This document shows, one piece after another, positions 9,284 to 18,161 of a stretch of 64,000 nucleotides of DNA. The notes below the pieces were generated by a model that was not told where the DNA came from, did not search any database, and saw nothing but the letters and a program-made list of their open reading frames with translations. Source of the DNA: an uncultured Gammaproteobacteria bacterium. Its GTDB lineage: Bacteria > Pseudomonadota > Gammaproteobacteria > DRLM01. The stretch lies in assembly GCA_963729605.1 (NCBI GenBank), contig CAVSNY010000006.1, positions 96,001 through 160,000 on the forward strand, read 5' to 3'. The stretch's first letter is position 1. Each line of letters starts with the position of its first letter. Position numbers and translations under genes: made by a program.

Positions 9284-11512
9284 TCAACCGCGCCCCATCA
9301 AGCCCTGCACGCGCGCCGTCATGGCCTCGGCGGTGATGCCGTTGAAGGCCATGATCTCGCCGGGCGAGGCCGTGGTCTCGCCGCGCTGCCAGCACACCAC
9401 GTCGCGGCGCGGCGCGCGCGTGCGCAGCAACACCGGTTCGAGCGAGGCGCTGGGGCCGCCGCTCACCGCGAGCAACGCATCGCCGTCGAATAGCGCGTTG
9501 AACTGATCGTCATCCATGAATTCATTATCGGGTTCGGACACGGTGTTCCACGCGACGTCGGTGGGACGATACAGACGGCGCGGATTCACCACCGCGACGA
9601 TGCGCACGCGATAGCCGGCCTGCTCCAATTGCACCTTGGCCTCGAACACCGGCAGCAGCACCATGTCGCCGGTCACCGCGAGCACCACGCTGCCGCGCGT
9701 GCCGCTGGTGCTTTCGTACAACATGATCGCGCCGCGCTCGACGGCCTGCTCGCCCTGCGCCAGCGTGGTGTAGACCGGCAGCGGACTCTTCGAGGCGATG
9801 ATCACCACGCCTTTGTTGTAGCTGTTGGTGCCCCATTCGAACGCGGCCTGGATCATATTGGCGTCGACCGGGAACAGCGGATAGACGTTGCCGTTGCGCA
9901 TCATGGCCGCGAAATAGTTTTCGATCTCGGGGCGCTGATGGGTCCAGCCGTTGCGGCCCTGCTCGAGCGCGCCGGCCGTGAACATGCAGACGATGGACGG
10001 CGTCCGGCGGCGCAGCTCGGCCATGGCCTGGGTCACCGTTTGAATGATGGGCCAGCCGTTGATCGCGAAGCTCTCGTACGACAGCCACAGCGCCCGCGAG
10101 CCGAACAGCGCGAGGCCGGCGGCGAGACCCGCGCAGGCATCCTCGTTGAGCGGCTCGTAGACCTGGCCCGCGGCGCTCTGATTGTAGAGCTCGTCATTGG
10201 TCGGGTGGCGGATCTTGAGCGCGTCGTTGATGTTCTTCATGCCCGAGGCCTCGTTGCCGTCGGCGTTGGTGACGACGTAGCGCGGATCGCGCCGGCCCAC
10301 CTCGGCCACCAGCGCGCCCATCGCGGTGGATGGCACGGCCTTGTCGCCGAGCGCGTATTCGAGCGCGGGCAGCGTGCCGAGCGGTGCGATGTCGAGCATG
10401 TGTTCAGTCACCGAGGTCTTCACCGCGGGGCCGCCGCCCGCGCGGCGGAAGTTGTCGCGCACGATACTCCACGCTTGCGGCGGCAGGGCGCGGCGTTGCA
10501 GGCCGTCGATGATGTGCTGCTTGTCGAGCGTGTCGGCCGGATAGAGGTTGTGCGACTTCGCGCCCAGCGCATGCACACCCGCGCCTTTGAGCTGCTTGAT
10601 GATGAAGCAGGTCAGCGTGCCGCCGAGCGCCGACTTCGCCGCGCGGTCCATGCCGCGCAGCACCGCGGCCGTGAAGGCCAGACGCTGCGGCAGCGAGAAG
10701 CGCGTGCTGTCGACGTACGCGCCCTGCTGGCCGCTGTCGTCGTAGGTCTTGGCATCGACCAGAATCACTTCTTTGAAACCGTGGCCGCGCCAGTAGGCGA
10801 TCATCTCGTCGTCGCTCATGGTCGAGACCATGGAGTGATGTTCCTGGCTGTAGCCGTTCCAGATCAAGGTCGGCAGGAAATTGGTGGCGCGCGGATACGC
10901 GGTGTTGAAGTGCATCATCGCCGACAAAATATAGGGCTCGCCCATGCCGCCGTCGCCGAGCGTGAACGGGAATAACGTGCCCGGGTGCAACAGCGCGCCG
11001 GCCATCGCGAAGTGCTGGCCCTGGCCGAGCGGCCCCGCGGGCGCGAGGATGCCGGGGATCGCGCCCGACAGATGGCCGAGCAGGCCGTGTTTCTCGCGGA
11101 AGCGGTCGCGGAGCTGTTGCACGGTCTTGATGCCCATCGCCTCCAGCGAGGTGTCGAGGAACATGGCGCTGTAGAAACCCGGCGCGTGATGACCGACCTC
11201 GGTGACGATGTTGGTGTGGCCCAGCATCACCAGCGCGGCATAGGCCTCGGCGCTGCTCGCGAAGCCGCCCGGGTGGCCCGAGGCCTTCGCGCCACAGACT
11301 TGCAGCGTGAGATAGCGCAGGGCGTCGGCGCCGAGCAGGGTCTGATAAATCGCGCGCGGGTCGGCGGTGTCGGCGATCGCGGTCGCACCCTCGCCGATCA
11401 CGGCGCCGTCGGCGTGCCGGCCATGGTCCGGCCAGGGCTCGCCGAAATACTGGATACCCGCGCAAAAATCGGGCGCGGCGGTGGCAAGAATCTCGGTAGT
11501 GGCGCGGCTCAT
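9284..11512 (-). CDS. ThDP-dependent phosphoketolase-like enzyme (resembles the short cyanobacterial-type subfamily)
   Basis: SGHPGG, VGHHAPG, GPLGQG, ThDP motif GDGG...WNG, SYESF and NGWTHQ; RBS aggag upstream of ATG 11512. Confidence 0.85.
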   Translation of the reverse strand: MSRATTEILATAAPDFCAGIQYFGEPWPDHGRHADGAVIGEGATAIADTADPRAIYQTLLGADALRYLTLQVCGAKASGHPGGFASSAEAYAALVMLGHTNIVTEVGHHAPGFYSAMFLDTSLEAMGIKTVQQLRDRFREKHGLLGHLSGAIPGILAPAGPLGQGQHFAMAGALLHPGTLFPFTLGDGGMGEPYILSAMMHFNTAYPRATNFLPTLIWNGYSQEHHSMVSTMSDDEMIAYWRGHGFKEVILVDAKTYDDSGQQGAYVDSTRFSLPQRLAFTAAVLRGMDRAAKSALGGTLTCFIIKQLKGAGVHALGAKSHNLYPADTLDKQHIIDGLQRRALPPQAWSIVRDNFRRAGGGPAVKTSVTEHMLDIAPLGTLPALEYALGDKAVPSTAMGALVAEVGRRDPRYVVTNADGNEASGMKNINDALKIRHPTNDELYNQSAAGQVYEPLNEDACAGLAAGLALFGSRALWLSYESFAINGWPIIQTVTQAMAELRRRTPSIVCMFTAGALEQGRNGWTHQRPEIENYFAAMMRNGNVYPLFPVDANMIQAAFEWGTNSYNKGVVIIASKSPLPVYTTLAQGEQAVERGAIMLYESTSGTRGSVVLAVTGDMVLLPVFEAKVQLEQAGYRVRIVAVVNPRRLYRPTDVAWNTVSEPDNEFMDDDQFNALFDGDALLAVSGGPSASLEPVLLRTRAPRRDVVCWQRGETTASPGEIMAFNGITAEAMTARVQGLMGRG

Positions 11513-11598
11513 GACTGCATCTCCTGGAAAATCGATCTCACCCCAGGGTGGGGATGGACACACCATACCCGGCGGCCGCAAATCCCACAATACAGAAT

Positions 11599-11619
11599 AT
11601 TTTTCATAATATGAAAAAT
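11599..11619. promoter_or_regulatory. Perfect palindrome, likely the IclR operator, in the divergent promoter region
   Basis: ATTTTTCAT-AAT-ATGAAAAAT, 9-bp inverted repeat between the ThDP enzyme and the IclR gene. Confidence 0.65.
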
Positions 11620-11624
11620 GCTTT

Positions 11625-12395
11625 ATGCTAGACCCCATGAAAGACCAAACCCCCTCGGGCATCCAAGTCATAGACCGCGCCGCTCGCCTGCTGGCGGCCA
11701 TCGCCGCCGCCGGCGGGCCGGTCTCCCTCAAGTATCTGTCGGCGGACACCGGCCTGCACCCCTCCACCACCTTCCGGATCCTGGCGGCCTTGCAGCAACA
11801 CGAACTGGTGGAAAAAGGCCCCGACGGCAATTACACCCTGGGCCGCGGCCTCGCCCGCCTCGCGCAACGGCTGCCCGCCCGCCCCGACCTGCGGGAATTG
11901 GCCAAACCCATCATGAATGAACTGCGTGACCGCACCGGAGAAACCGTCAATCTCACCGTGCGCGAAGGCGACGAAGTGGTGTATGTGGAACGCGTGTTGC
12001 CCAATCGCATGATGCGGGTCGAGCAGGTCATCGGCAGCCGCGCGCCGTTGCACGTCACCGCCGTGGGCAAACTCCTGCTCGGCGAAGACAGCGAAGAGGC
12101 CTGCCGCGATTACGCCCGCCGCACCGGCCTGCCGAAATACACCGCCAACACCCTGGTCAGCCAAAAGAGCCTGCTGGCCGACATCAAACAGTGCGTCGCC
12201 CGCGGTTATGCCCGGGATAACGAAGAGGCGGAGCTCGGCGTGGGCTGCGTCGGCGTGCTGGTACGCGACACCCGGGGCGAGGCGGTCGCCGGCTTATCCA
12301 TTTCCGCGCCGCGGGAGCGTTTAAAAGAGGATTGGATCCCTTTGCTGCAAACCGCCGGCAGGCGCTTGTCCCGTCATCTGGGTTATTCGGATTGA
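11625..12395 (+). CDS. IclR-family transcriptional regulator (start may be 11637)
   Basis: IQVIDRA...GLHPSTTFRIL HTH; GETVNL, APLHVTAVGK, GYARDNEEAELG and LSISAP motifs. Confidence 0.93.
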   Translation: MLDPMKDQTPSGIQVIDRAARLLAAIAAAGGPVSLKYLSADTGLHPSTTFRILAALQQHELVEKGPDGNYTLGRGLARLAQRLPARPDLRELAKPIMNELRDRTGETVNLTVREGDEVVYVERVLPNRMMRVEQVIGSRAPLHVTAVGKLLLGEDSEEACRDYARRTGLPKYTANTLVSQKSLLADIKQCVARGYARDNEEAELGVGCVGVLVRDTRGEAVAGLSISAPRERLKEDWIPLLQTAGRRLSRHLGYSD

Positions 12396-12564
12396 ACCAT
12401 CGGCCGCGGGCTTATACGATTCAGGCAGACCGTTAGAATTAATTCGTCTAAAATTTCCCGTTAACGCCACGAGATTTTTATTATAATTTCGAGTCATAGA
12501 ATCGTGAACGGCGCTTATCGCCGCGGCCACAACCCTATTGGACTCAACCTGGAATCAACGCACC

Positions 12565-13266
12565 ATGGCGCACAACCTGCAGTCAGTATCCACCCCCCCG
12601 GTTCCCGGCACCGTGGACATCCAGGCCCTCAACGAAAAATACGCACCACTCAGCTTCGAAGCGCGGATTCGCGCCCTCTATCAGGATTTTGATCCCGCCC
12701 AGGTGATGGTGACCTCGTCCTTCGCCGCCACCTCGGCCTATTTTCTACACATCATCTCGCGCATCCGTCCGGAGCAAACCATCTTTTTCATCAACACCGG
12801 TTATCACTTCCCGGAAACCTTGACTTATAAAGACGCGTTGATCCGGCAATACCATCTCAAGGTCACGGACGTAACGCCGGAGGAGTGGAAACACGAATTC
12901 ACCGCCAAGGAAAAAACCTATGCGACCGATCCTGATTTCTGCTGCTCGATAAACAAGGTCGAACCGCTGGAAGAGGTGAAAAAGAATTTCAAGGTCTGGG
13001 TCTCCAGCCTGATGCGCTGGCAAACCGAACACCGCGCCGGTCTCAATGTGTTCGAGGAGCGCGGCGGCATCATCAAGTTTTACCCCATGATCGACGTCAG
13101 CAAAGCGGAGCGCGACACCTACATCAGCGAACACGACCTGCCCCTCCACCCGCTGGTGGCCCACGGCTATTCCTCCATCGGTTGCTCCCACTGCACTAAG
13201 CCGGGCGACGACCGCGGCGGGCGCTGGGTGGATACCCCCAAAACCGAATGCGGCCTCCATCTGTAA
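12565..13266 (+). CDS. cysH: CysH-family sulfonucleotide reductase with Fe-S motifs (probably APS reductase)
   Basis: TSSF, NTGYHFPET, CC (FCCSINKVEPL), CxxC (SIGCSHCT) and C-terminal ECGLH. Confidence 0.88.
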   Translation: MAHNLQSVSTPPVPGTVDIQALNEKYAPLSFEARIRALYQDFDPAQVMVTSSFAATSAYFLHIISRIRPEQTIFFINTGYHFPETLTYKDALIRQYHLKVTDVTPEEWKHEFTAKEKTYATDPDFCCSINKVEPLEEVKKNFKVWVSSLMRWQTEHRAGLNVFEERGGIIKFYPMIDVSKAERDTYISEHDLPLHPLVAHGYSSIGCSHCTKPGDDRGGRWVDTPKTECGLHL

Positions 13267-13416
13267 GTTCGTCGCGCCGGACACACCGCGCCTCAGCGGC
13301 GCAAAGGGCCTGACCGTCAAGGCTTGACCACGGTGTGCATCGCGTTTCACTGTCGTCACCTCCCTGGCAGGAGGTGCAAACAGCCGAGAAACGTCGTCTT
13401 GATAAGCCCGTGATGA

Positions 13417-14313
13417 GTGACGTATGCTGAACTCCGCAATCCACCAAGCCGGTTGTTCACCTTGCCTGTTCAGTACCGCGTTTCTATCGTTGCCTTCGCT
13501 CTGTTCCTGACCGCCTGTTCCGGAATGGTGACTCAGCGCCTCGGCGCCAGTCTGGGCAACGCGATCGTCAATCAAGACGACCCCGCCACGGTGCGCGACG
13601 GTGCGCCTGCTTATCTGCTGCTGGTGGATGGACTGATCGCCGACCGGCCCGATGACCGCGGCTTATTGATCTCCGCCGCGCAACTCTATAGTTCCTACGC
13701 CATGGTGTTTGTCGAAGACCCGGCGCGGGCGCAGGTCATGACCGCTAAAGCGCGAGCTTATGCGCGGCGCGCCTTCTGCGCCGATCAGCCGCGGCTTTGC
13801 GAATTGGACGGCGGCCCGCAGCCGCCCTTCGCCGCCGGCCTCCAGAACGTCACGTCATCACGGCTGCCGGCCTTGTACGCCTACGCCACCAGTTGGGCGG
13901 CCTGGATCAAGGCGCGCGGCGGCGAACCGCTGGCCTTGGCCGATGTACCGAAAGTCGAGGCGATGCTGGCGCGGGTGGTCGAGCTGGACGAAAGTTATGC
14001 GCGCGGTGAGGCGCAACTCTATTTGGGCATTTTGCGCAGCCAGATTCCGCCGGCCCTGGGCGGACGTCCCGAGATCGGACAGCGGCATTTCGAAAAGGCC
14101 ATCGCCATTTCCGAAGGACGCAATCTATTCGCCAAGCTGGAATACGCGCGCCATTACGCGCGGCTGGTCTTCGACCGAGCACTGCACGACCGCCTGCTGA
14201 ACGAAATCTTGACCGCCGATCCCACCGCCCCCGGCTACACCCTCGGCAACGTGCTGGCGCAACAACAGGCACGAATACTGCTGGAAGGCTCCGCCGATTA
14301 TTTTGAGGAATAA
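13417..14313 (+). CDS. TRAP-associated TatT lipoprotein (start uncertain)
   Basis: Lipobox FLTAC; QDDPATVRDGAPAYLLLVDGLI and PPALGGRPE motifs; directly upstream of dctPQM. Confidence 0.82.
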   Translation: MTYAELRNPPSRLFTLPVQYRVSIVAFALFLTACSGMVTQRLGASLGNAIVNQDDPATVRDGAPAYLLLVDGLIADRPDDRGLLISAAQLYSSYAMVFVEDPARAQVMTAKARAYARRAFCADQPRLCELDGGPQPPFAAGLQNVTSSRLPALYAYATSWAAWIKARGGEPLALADVPKVEAMLARVVELDESYARGEAQLYLGILRSQIPPALGGRPEIGQRHFEKAIAISEGRNLFAKLEYARHYARLVFDRALHDRLLNEILTADPTAPGYTLGNVLAQQQARILLEGSADYFEE

Positions 14314-14316
14314 GTC

Positions 14317-15321
14317 ATGTTGAAAGGGATTTTCGCCGCCGCGTTGTGCCTGCTTTTCCTCAGTCAACCCAGCGGGGCGGCGACCACATTAAAAATCGCC
14401 ACCATCGCCCCCGACGGCACCAGCTGGATGCAGGCGCTGCGCAAAGGCGGGGACGACATCGCCAAACGCACCGAGGGCCGGGTGAAATTGCGTTTTTTCC
14501 CCGGCGGGGTGATGGGCAACGATAAAAGCGTATTGCGCAAAATCCGTCTCGGCCAATTACACGGCGGCGTGCTGGTGAGCGGCGGCCTCACCGAGGTCTA
14601 CCCCGATATCGCGCTGTACAATATTCCCTTCCTCTTCCGCTCCTATCAAGAAGTCGATTACGTGCGCGAACGCATGGACCCCTTGTTGTTACAGGGCCTG
14701 GCGGAGCGCGGCTTCGTCAGCTTCGGCTTCAGCGAGGGCGGCTTCGCTTATTTGATGTCCAATCAAGCGGTGCGCAGCCTCGACGATTTGAAAAGCAAAA
14801 AGGTCTGGGTGCCCGATGACGACCGCATCAGCCGTATCGCGATTGAATCGCTCGGCGTCACGCCCATCCCCTTGCCGCTCACCGATGTCCTGCCCAGCTT
14901 GCAGACCGGACTCATCGATACCATCGCCGGTTCGGCGATCGGCGTGGTCGCGCTGCAATGGCAGCCGCAGGTGAAGTACCTGGTGGATGAACCGCTGGTG
15001 TATCTCTACGCCACCATGGCGGTCGACCGCAAGGCCTTCGAGCGCGTCAGTGCCGCCGATCAAGCCATCGTGCGCGAAGTCATGAGCGGCGTGTTCCGTA
15101 AACTCGATCAACAAAACCGCAGCGACGACGCGGCCGCCCATCGAGCCTTGAAGACGCAGGGCATAAAATACGTGGCGCCCACGGCGGAGTCTCTGCAAAA
15201 CGAGGCGAAGATCCGCGCCGAAGTGGAACAGCGCCTGCTGCAACAACGCATTCTCTCGCCGGAACTGATGGAGAGTTTGAAGACCCATCTCAATAAACAG
15301 CGGCAGACGGCCGCACCCTGA
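14317..15321 (+). CDS. dctP: TRAP transporter substrate-binding protein
   Basis: Signal peptide; KIATIAPDGTSW, FPGGVMG and SLQTGLID motifs. Confidence 0.9.
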   Translation: MLKGIFAAALCLLFLSQPSGAATTLKIATIAPDGTSWMQALRKGGDDIAKRTEGRVKLRFFPGGVMGNDKSVLRKIRLGQLHGGVLVSGGLTEVYPDIALYNIPFLFRSYQEVDYVRERMDPLLLQGLAERGFVSFGFSEGGFAYLMSNQAVRSLDDLKSKKVWVPDDDRISRIAIESLGVTPIPLPLTDVLPSLQTGLIDTIAGSAIGVVALQWQPQVKYLVDEPLVYLYATMAVDRKAFERVSAADQAIVREVMSGVFRKLDQQNRSDDAAAHRALKTQGIKYVAPTAESLQNEAKIRAEVEQRLLQQRILSPELMESLKTHLNKQRQTAAP

Positions 15322-15340
15322 AGCGGCGCCGCTAACGGCC

Positions 15341-15856
15341 ATGCCCAACACCCGTTCCCCCAGCAGTTGGTTGCAGCACGGTAAAAAAATCATCGCCCGT
15401 ATCGAAGACGGCGTGCTGGTTCTTTTGTTGACGGTGATGATAGGCACCGCCACCGCGCAGATCGTGCTGCGTAATGTCTGGGACAGCGGCCTGATATGGA
15501 GCGACCCGCTCACCAAGGTGCTGGTGTTGTGGATCGGCCTGGTGGGGGCGATGGTCGCCAGCCGCCAGAACAACCATATTCATATCGACGTGTTGTCGCG
15601 TTTCCTGCCGGCCCGCGCCAAGGCGGCGAGTGAAGCGCTCAATTCGCTGTTCGCCGCCGCGGTCTGCGGCGTGCTCGCTTATCACGCCGGGCGTCTGGTG
15701 CTGCTCGACAAAGAAGCGGCGACCGTCGCCTTCGGCACCGTGCCGACCTGGGTCTGCGAATTGATCATCCCCTTCGGTTTCGGCGTCATCGGTTTGCGTT
15801 ACGCCGTGCTGGCGCTGAGCGACGCCGTCAGTTTGATGACCGCGAAAAAATCATGA
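15341..15856 (+). CDS. dctQ: TRAP transporter small permease
   Basis: 4 TM segments; QIVLRN and HIHIDV motifs. Confidence 0.88.
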   Translation: MPNTRSPSSWLQHGKKIIARIEDGVLVLLLTVMIGTATAQIVLRNVWDSGLIWSDPLTKVLVLWIGLVGAMVASRQNNHIHIDVLSRFLPARAKAASEALNSLFAAAVCGVLAYHAGRLVLLDKEAATVAFGTVPTWVCELIIPFGFGVIGLRYAVLALSDAVSLMTAKKS

Positions 15857-17133
15857 TCGTCGCCGCCGCCCTGCTCCTCGTCCTGCTCGCCCTGCTCGGC
15901 GCGCCGCTGTTCGCGGTGATCGCCGGCGGCGCGCTGTTGGCGTTTTATCAAGCCGACACCGATCTCGCGGTGATCGCCGCGGAATTCTACCGGCTCGCCG
16001 AAATGCCCATGCTGGTCGCCATTCCGCTCTTCACCTTCGCCGGCTATTTGTTGAGCGAAAGCCAGGCGCCGGCGCGCCTGGTGAAACTGAGCCAGGCTTT
16101 GCTGGGCTGGCTGCCCGGCGGCCTCGCCGTGGTGGCCCTCGTCACCTGCGCGTTTTTCACCGCCTTCACCGGCGCCTCGGGCGTGACCATCGTCGCCCTC
16201 GGCGCCTTGCTGTTTCCGGCGCTGGTGCAGGCCGGCTATCCGGAGCGTTTCAGTCTCGGCCTGATCACCACGTCGGGCAGCCTCGGCATGTTGTTCGCGC
16301 CCGCCGTGCCCTTGATCCTCTACGCGGTAATCGCGCAGCAACTCAACGTCGGCCGCAGTTTTACCATCGACGAGATGTTCATCGCCGGACTGTTGCCGGG
16401 CCTGCTCATGCTGAGCCTGCTCGCCGCCTGGAGCCTGTGGGTCAACCGCCATCTGCCGCGCCATCCCGTATCTTGGCGCGAGGCGGGCGCCGCGCTTTAC
16501 GCCGCGCGTTGGGAACTGCCGCTGCCGTTGATCGTCTTGGGCGGTATCTATAGCGGTTATTTCGCGGTATCGGAAGCGGCGGCGGTCACCGCCCTCTATG
16601 TATTGATCGTGGAAGTGCTGGTCTATCGCGAGATCCCGCTCCGGAAACTGCCGCGCATCATGCGCGACGCCATGGTGCTGGTCGGCGCGTTGCTGATCAT
16701 TCTCGGCGTCTCGCTGGCCCTCACCAATTATTTCATCGACGCCGATATTCCGGCGCGGATCTTCGCCACGGTCAAACACTATGTGAGCGATCCGTTGACC
16801 TTTCTGCTGCTGCTGAATCTGCTGCTGCTGTGTCTGGGTATCTTGCACGACATCTCGGCGCTGGTGATCGTCGTGCCGTTATTATTGCCGGTGGCCGTCG
16901 CCTACGGCATCGATCCCGTCCACTTCGGCATCATCTTCATCGCCAATATGCAGATCGGTTATTTTTTCCCGCCGCTGGGCCTCAATCTCTTCATCGCCAG
17001 TTACCGCTTTAAAAAACCGGTGATGGAACTGGTCCGCGCCACCTTGCCGTTTCTGATCATCCTGCTCGGCAGCATATTCATCATCACCTATTGGCCCGCC
17101 TTGTCGCTGGCACTGACGAGCAAGGGATCTTGA
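15853..17133 (+). CDS. dctM: TRAP transporter large permease
   Basis: AIPLFTFAG, GSLGMLFAP, GIDPVHFG and PPLGLNLF motifs. Confidence 0.92.
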   Translation: MIVAAALLLVLLALLGAPLFAVIAGGALLAFYQADTDLAVIAAEFYRLAEMPMLVAIPLFTFAGYLLSESQAPARLVKLSQALLGWLPGGLAVVALVTCAFFTAFTGASGVTIVALGALLFPALVQAGYPERFSLGLITTSGSLGMLFAPAVPLILYAVIAQQLNVGRSFTIDEMFIAGLLPGLLMLSLLAAWSLWVNRHLPRHPVSWREAGAALYAARWELPLPLIVLGGIYSGYFAVSEAAAVTALYVLIVEVLVYREIPLRKLPRIMRDAMVLVGALLIILGVSLALTNYFIDADIPARIFATVKHYVSDPLTFLLLLNLLLLCLGILHDISALVIVVPLLLPVAVAYGIDPVHFGIIFIANMQIGYFFPPLGLNLFIASYRFKKPVMELVRATLPFLIILLGSIFIITYWPALSLALTSKGS

Positions 17134-17216
17134 TCGATCTCTATCGATCTCTTTATCCCCTCGGGCGCGACGATGGAGGCAAGTGGAGAGAATGAACGAT
17201 CCGCCGGCGCGTTGCT

Positions 17217-17251
17217 CCCTCTCCCTGACCCTCTCCCGCCGGGGAGAGGGG
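17217..17251. repeat. BoxC/REP-like palindrome
   Basis: ccctctccctgaccctctcccgccggggagagggg. Confidence 0.7.
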
Positions 17252-17295
17252 ACGTGTTTAACAAAACCGGCATTGACGAAACCCGCTCATGACCA

Positions 17296-18090
17296 TCACG
17301 CCGCCTCTTCCGGCCGGCGCTGGCGCTGATAAAGAAACTTGAGCACGGCGGCGCGATGCTGGTTGTAGGCGGCGTCATCGGCCAGATCCACCCGTTTACG
17401 CGGCCGCGGCAACTTGACGTCGACGATTTCACCGATGGTGGCGGCCGGGCCGTTGGTCATCATGATGATGCGATCGGAAAGCAACACCGCCTCGTCCACG
17501 TCATGCGTCACCATCAGCACGGTGTTCTTGAGGCGGGCATGAATTTCCATCACCGAGTCCTGCAAGCTGGCGCGGGTCAGGGCGTCGAGCGCGCCGAAGG
17601 GTTCGTCCATCAGCAGCAGCTTGGGTTCCATGGCCAGGGCGCGGGCGATGCCTACCCGCTGTTTCATGCCGCCGGATATCTCGGTGGGGCGTTTGTTCAA
17701 AGCATGTTCCATATGCACCAGCGCCAAGTTCTCGCGCGTCCATTCATCGCGTTGCTGTTTGGTCTTGGTGGCGCCGAATACCTTGTCCACGCCCAGCCGC
17801 ACGTTCTCATACACCGTCAGCCAGGGCAGCAACGAATGATTTTGAAACACCATCGCCCGTTCCGGACCGGGTCCGGCGATTTCCCTGCCGGCGCACAACA
17901 TGGCGCCGCTGCTCGGCAAAATCAGCCCCGCGACCAGATTGAGCAGCGTGGATTTACCGCAGCCCGAGTGACCGATGATGGAGACGAATTCCCCCTGTTC
18001 GACCGACAGGTTGATGTCGCGCAGGGCATGGAAGCGGCCGCGCTTGGTGTCGAAGATCATCTCCACCTTTTCCAGTTGCAGATATTTCAC
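17296..18090 (-). CDS. Nitrate/nitrite (or cyanate) ABC transporter ATP-binding subunit (NasD/NrtD-like)
   Basis: GHSGCGKST, ISGGMKQR, LLMDEPFGALD and MMTNGPAA motifs. Confidence 0.9.
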   Translation of the reverse strand: MKYLQLEKVEMIFDTKRGRFHALRDINLSVEQGEFVSIIGHSGCGKSTLLNLVAGLILPSSGAMLCAGREIAGPGPERAMVFQNHSLLPWLTVYENVRLGVDKVFGATKTKQQRDEWTRENLALVHMEHALNKRPTEISGGMKQRVGIARALAMEPKLLLMDEPFGALDALTRASLQDSVMEIHARLKNTVLMVTHDVDEAVLLSDRIIMMTNGPAATIGEIVDVKLPRPRKRVDLADDAAYNQHRAAVLKFLYQRQRRPEEAA

Positions 18091-18161
18091 GGTGATGCAC
18101 CTCTAGTTAAGTTGTCAAAGCGGACCGGGCGCGTGATCGCGCGCGTCGGTCCCCTGCTCGA

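Noticed and set aside
6011-10975. Long + strand ORFs (592, 497 and 448 aa) opposite glcD, the kinase and the ThDP enzyme; similar ORFs opposite nrtA, ackA and tolB
   Set aside because: Antisense shadows of high-GC genes with no recognisable motifs
11513-11830. 106-aa N-terminal extension of the 848-aa ThDP enzyme ORF
   Set aside because: It overlaps the IclR gene; an RBS and the recognisable sequence begin at ATG 11512
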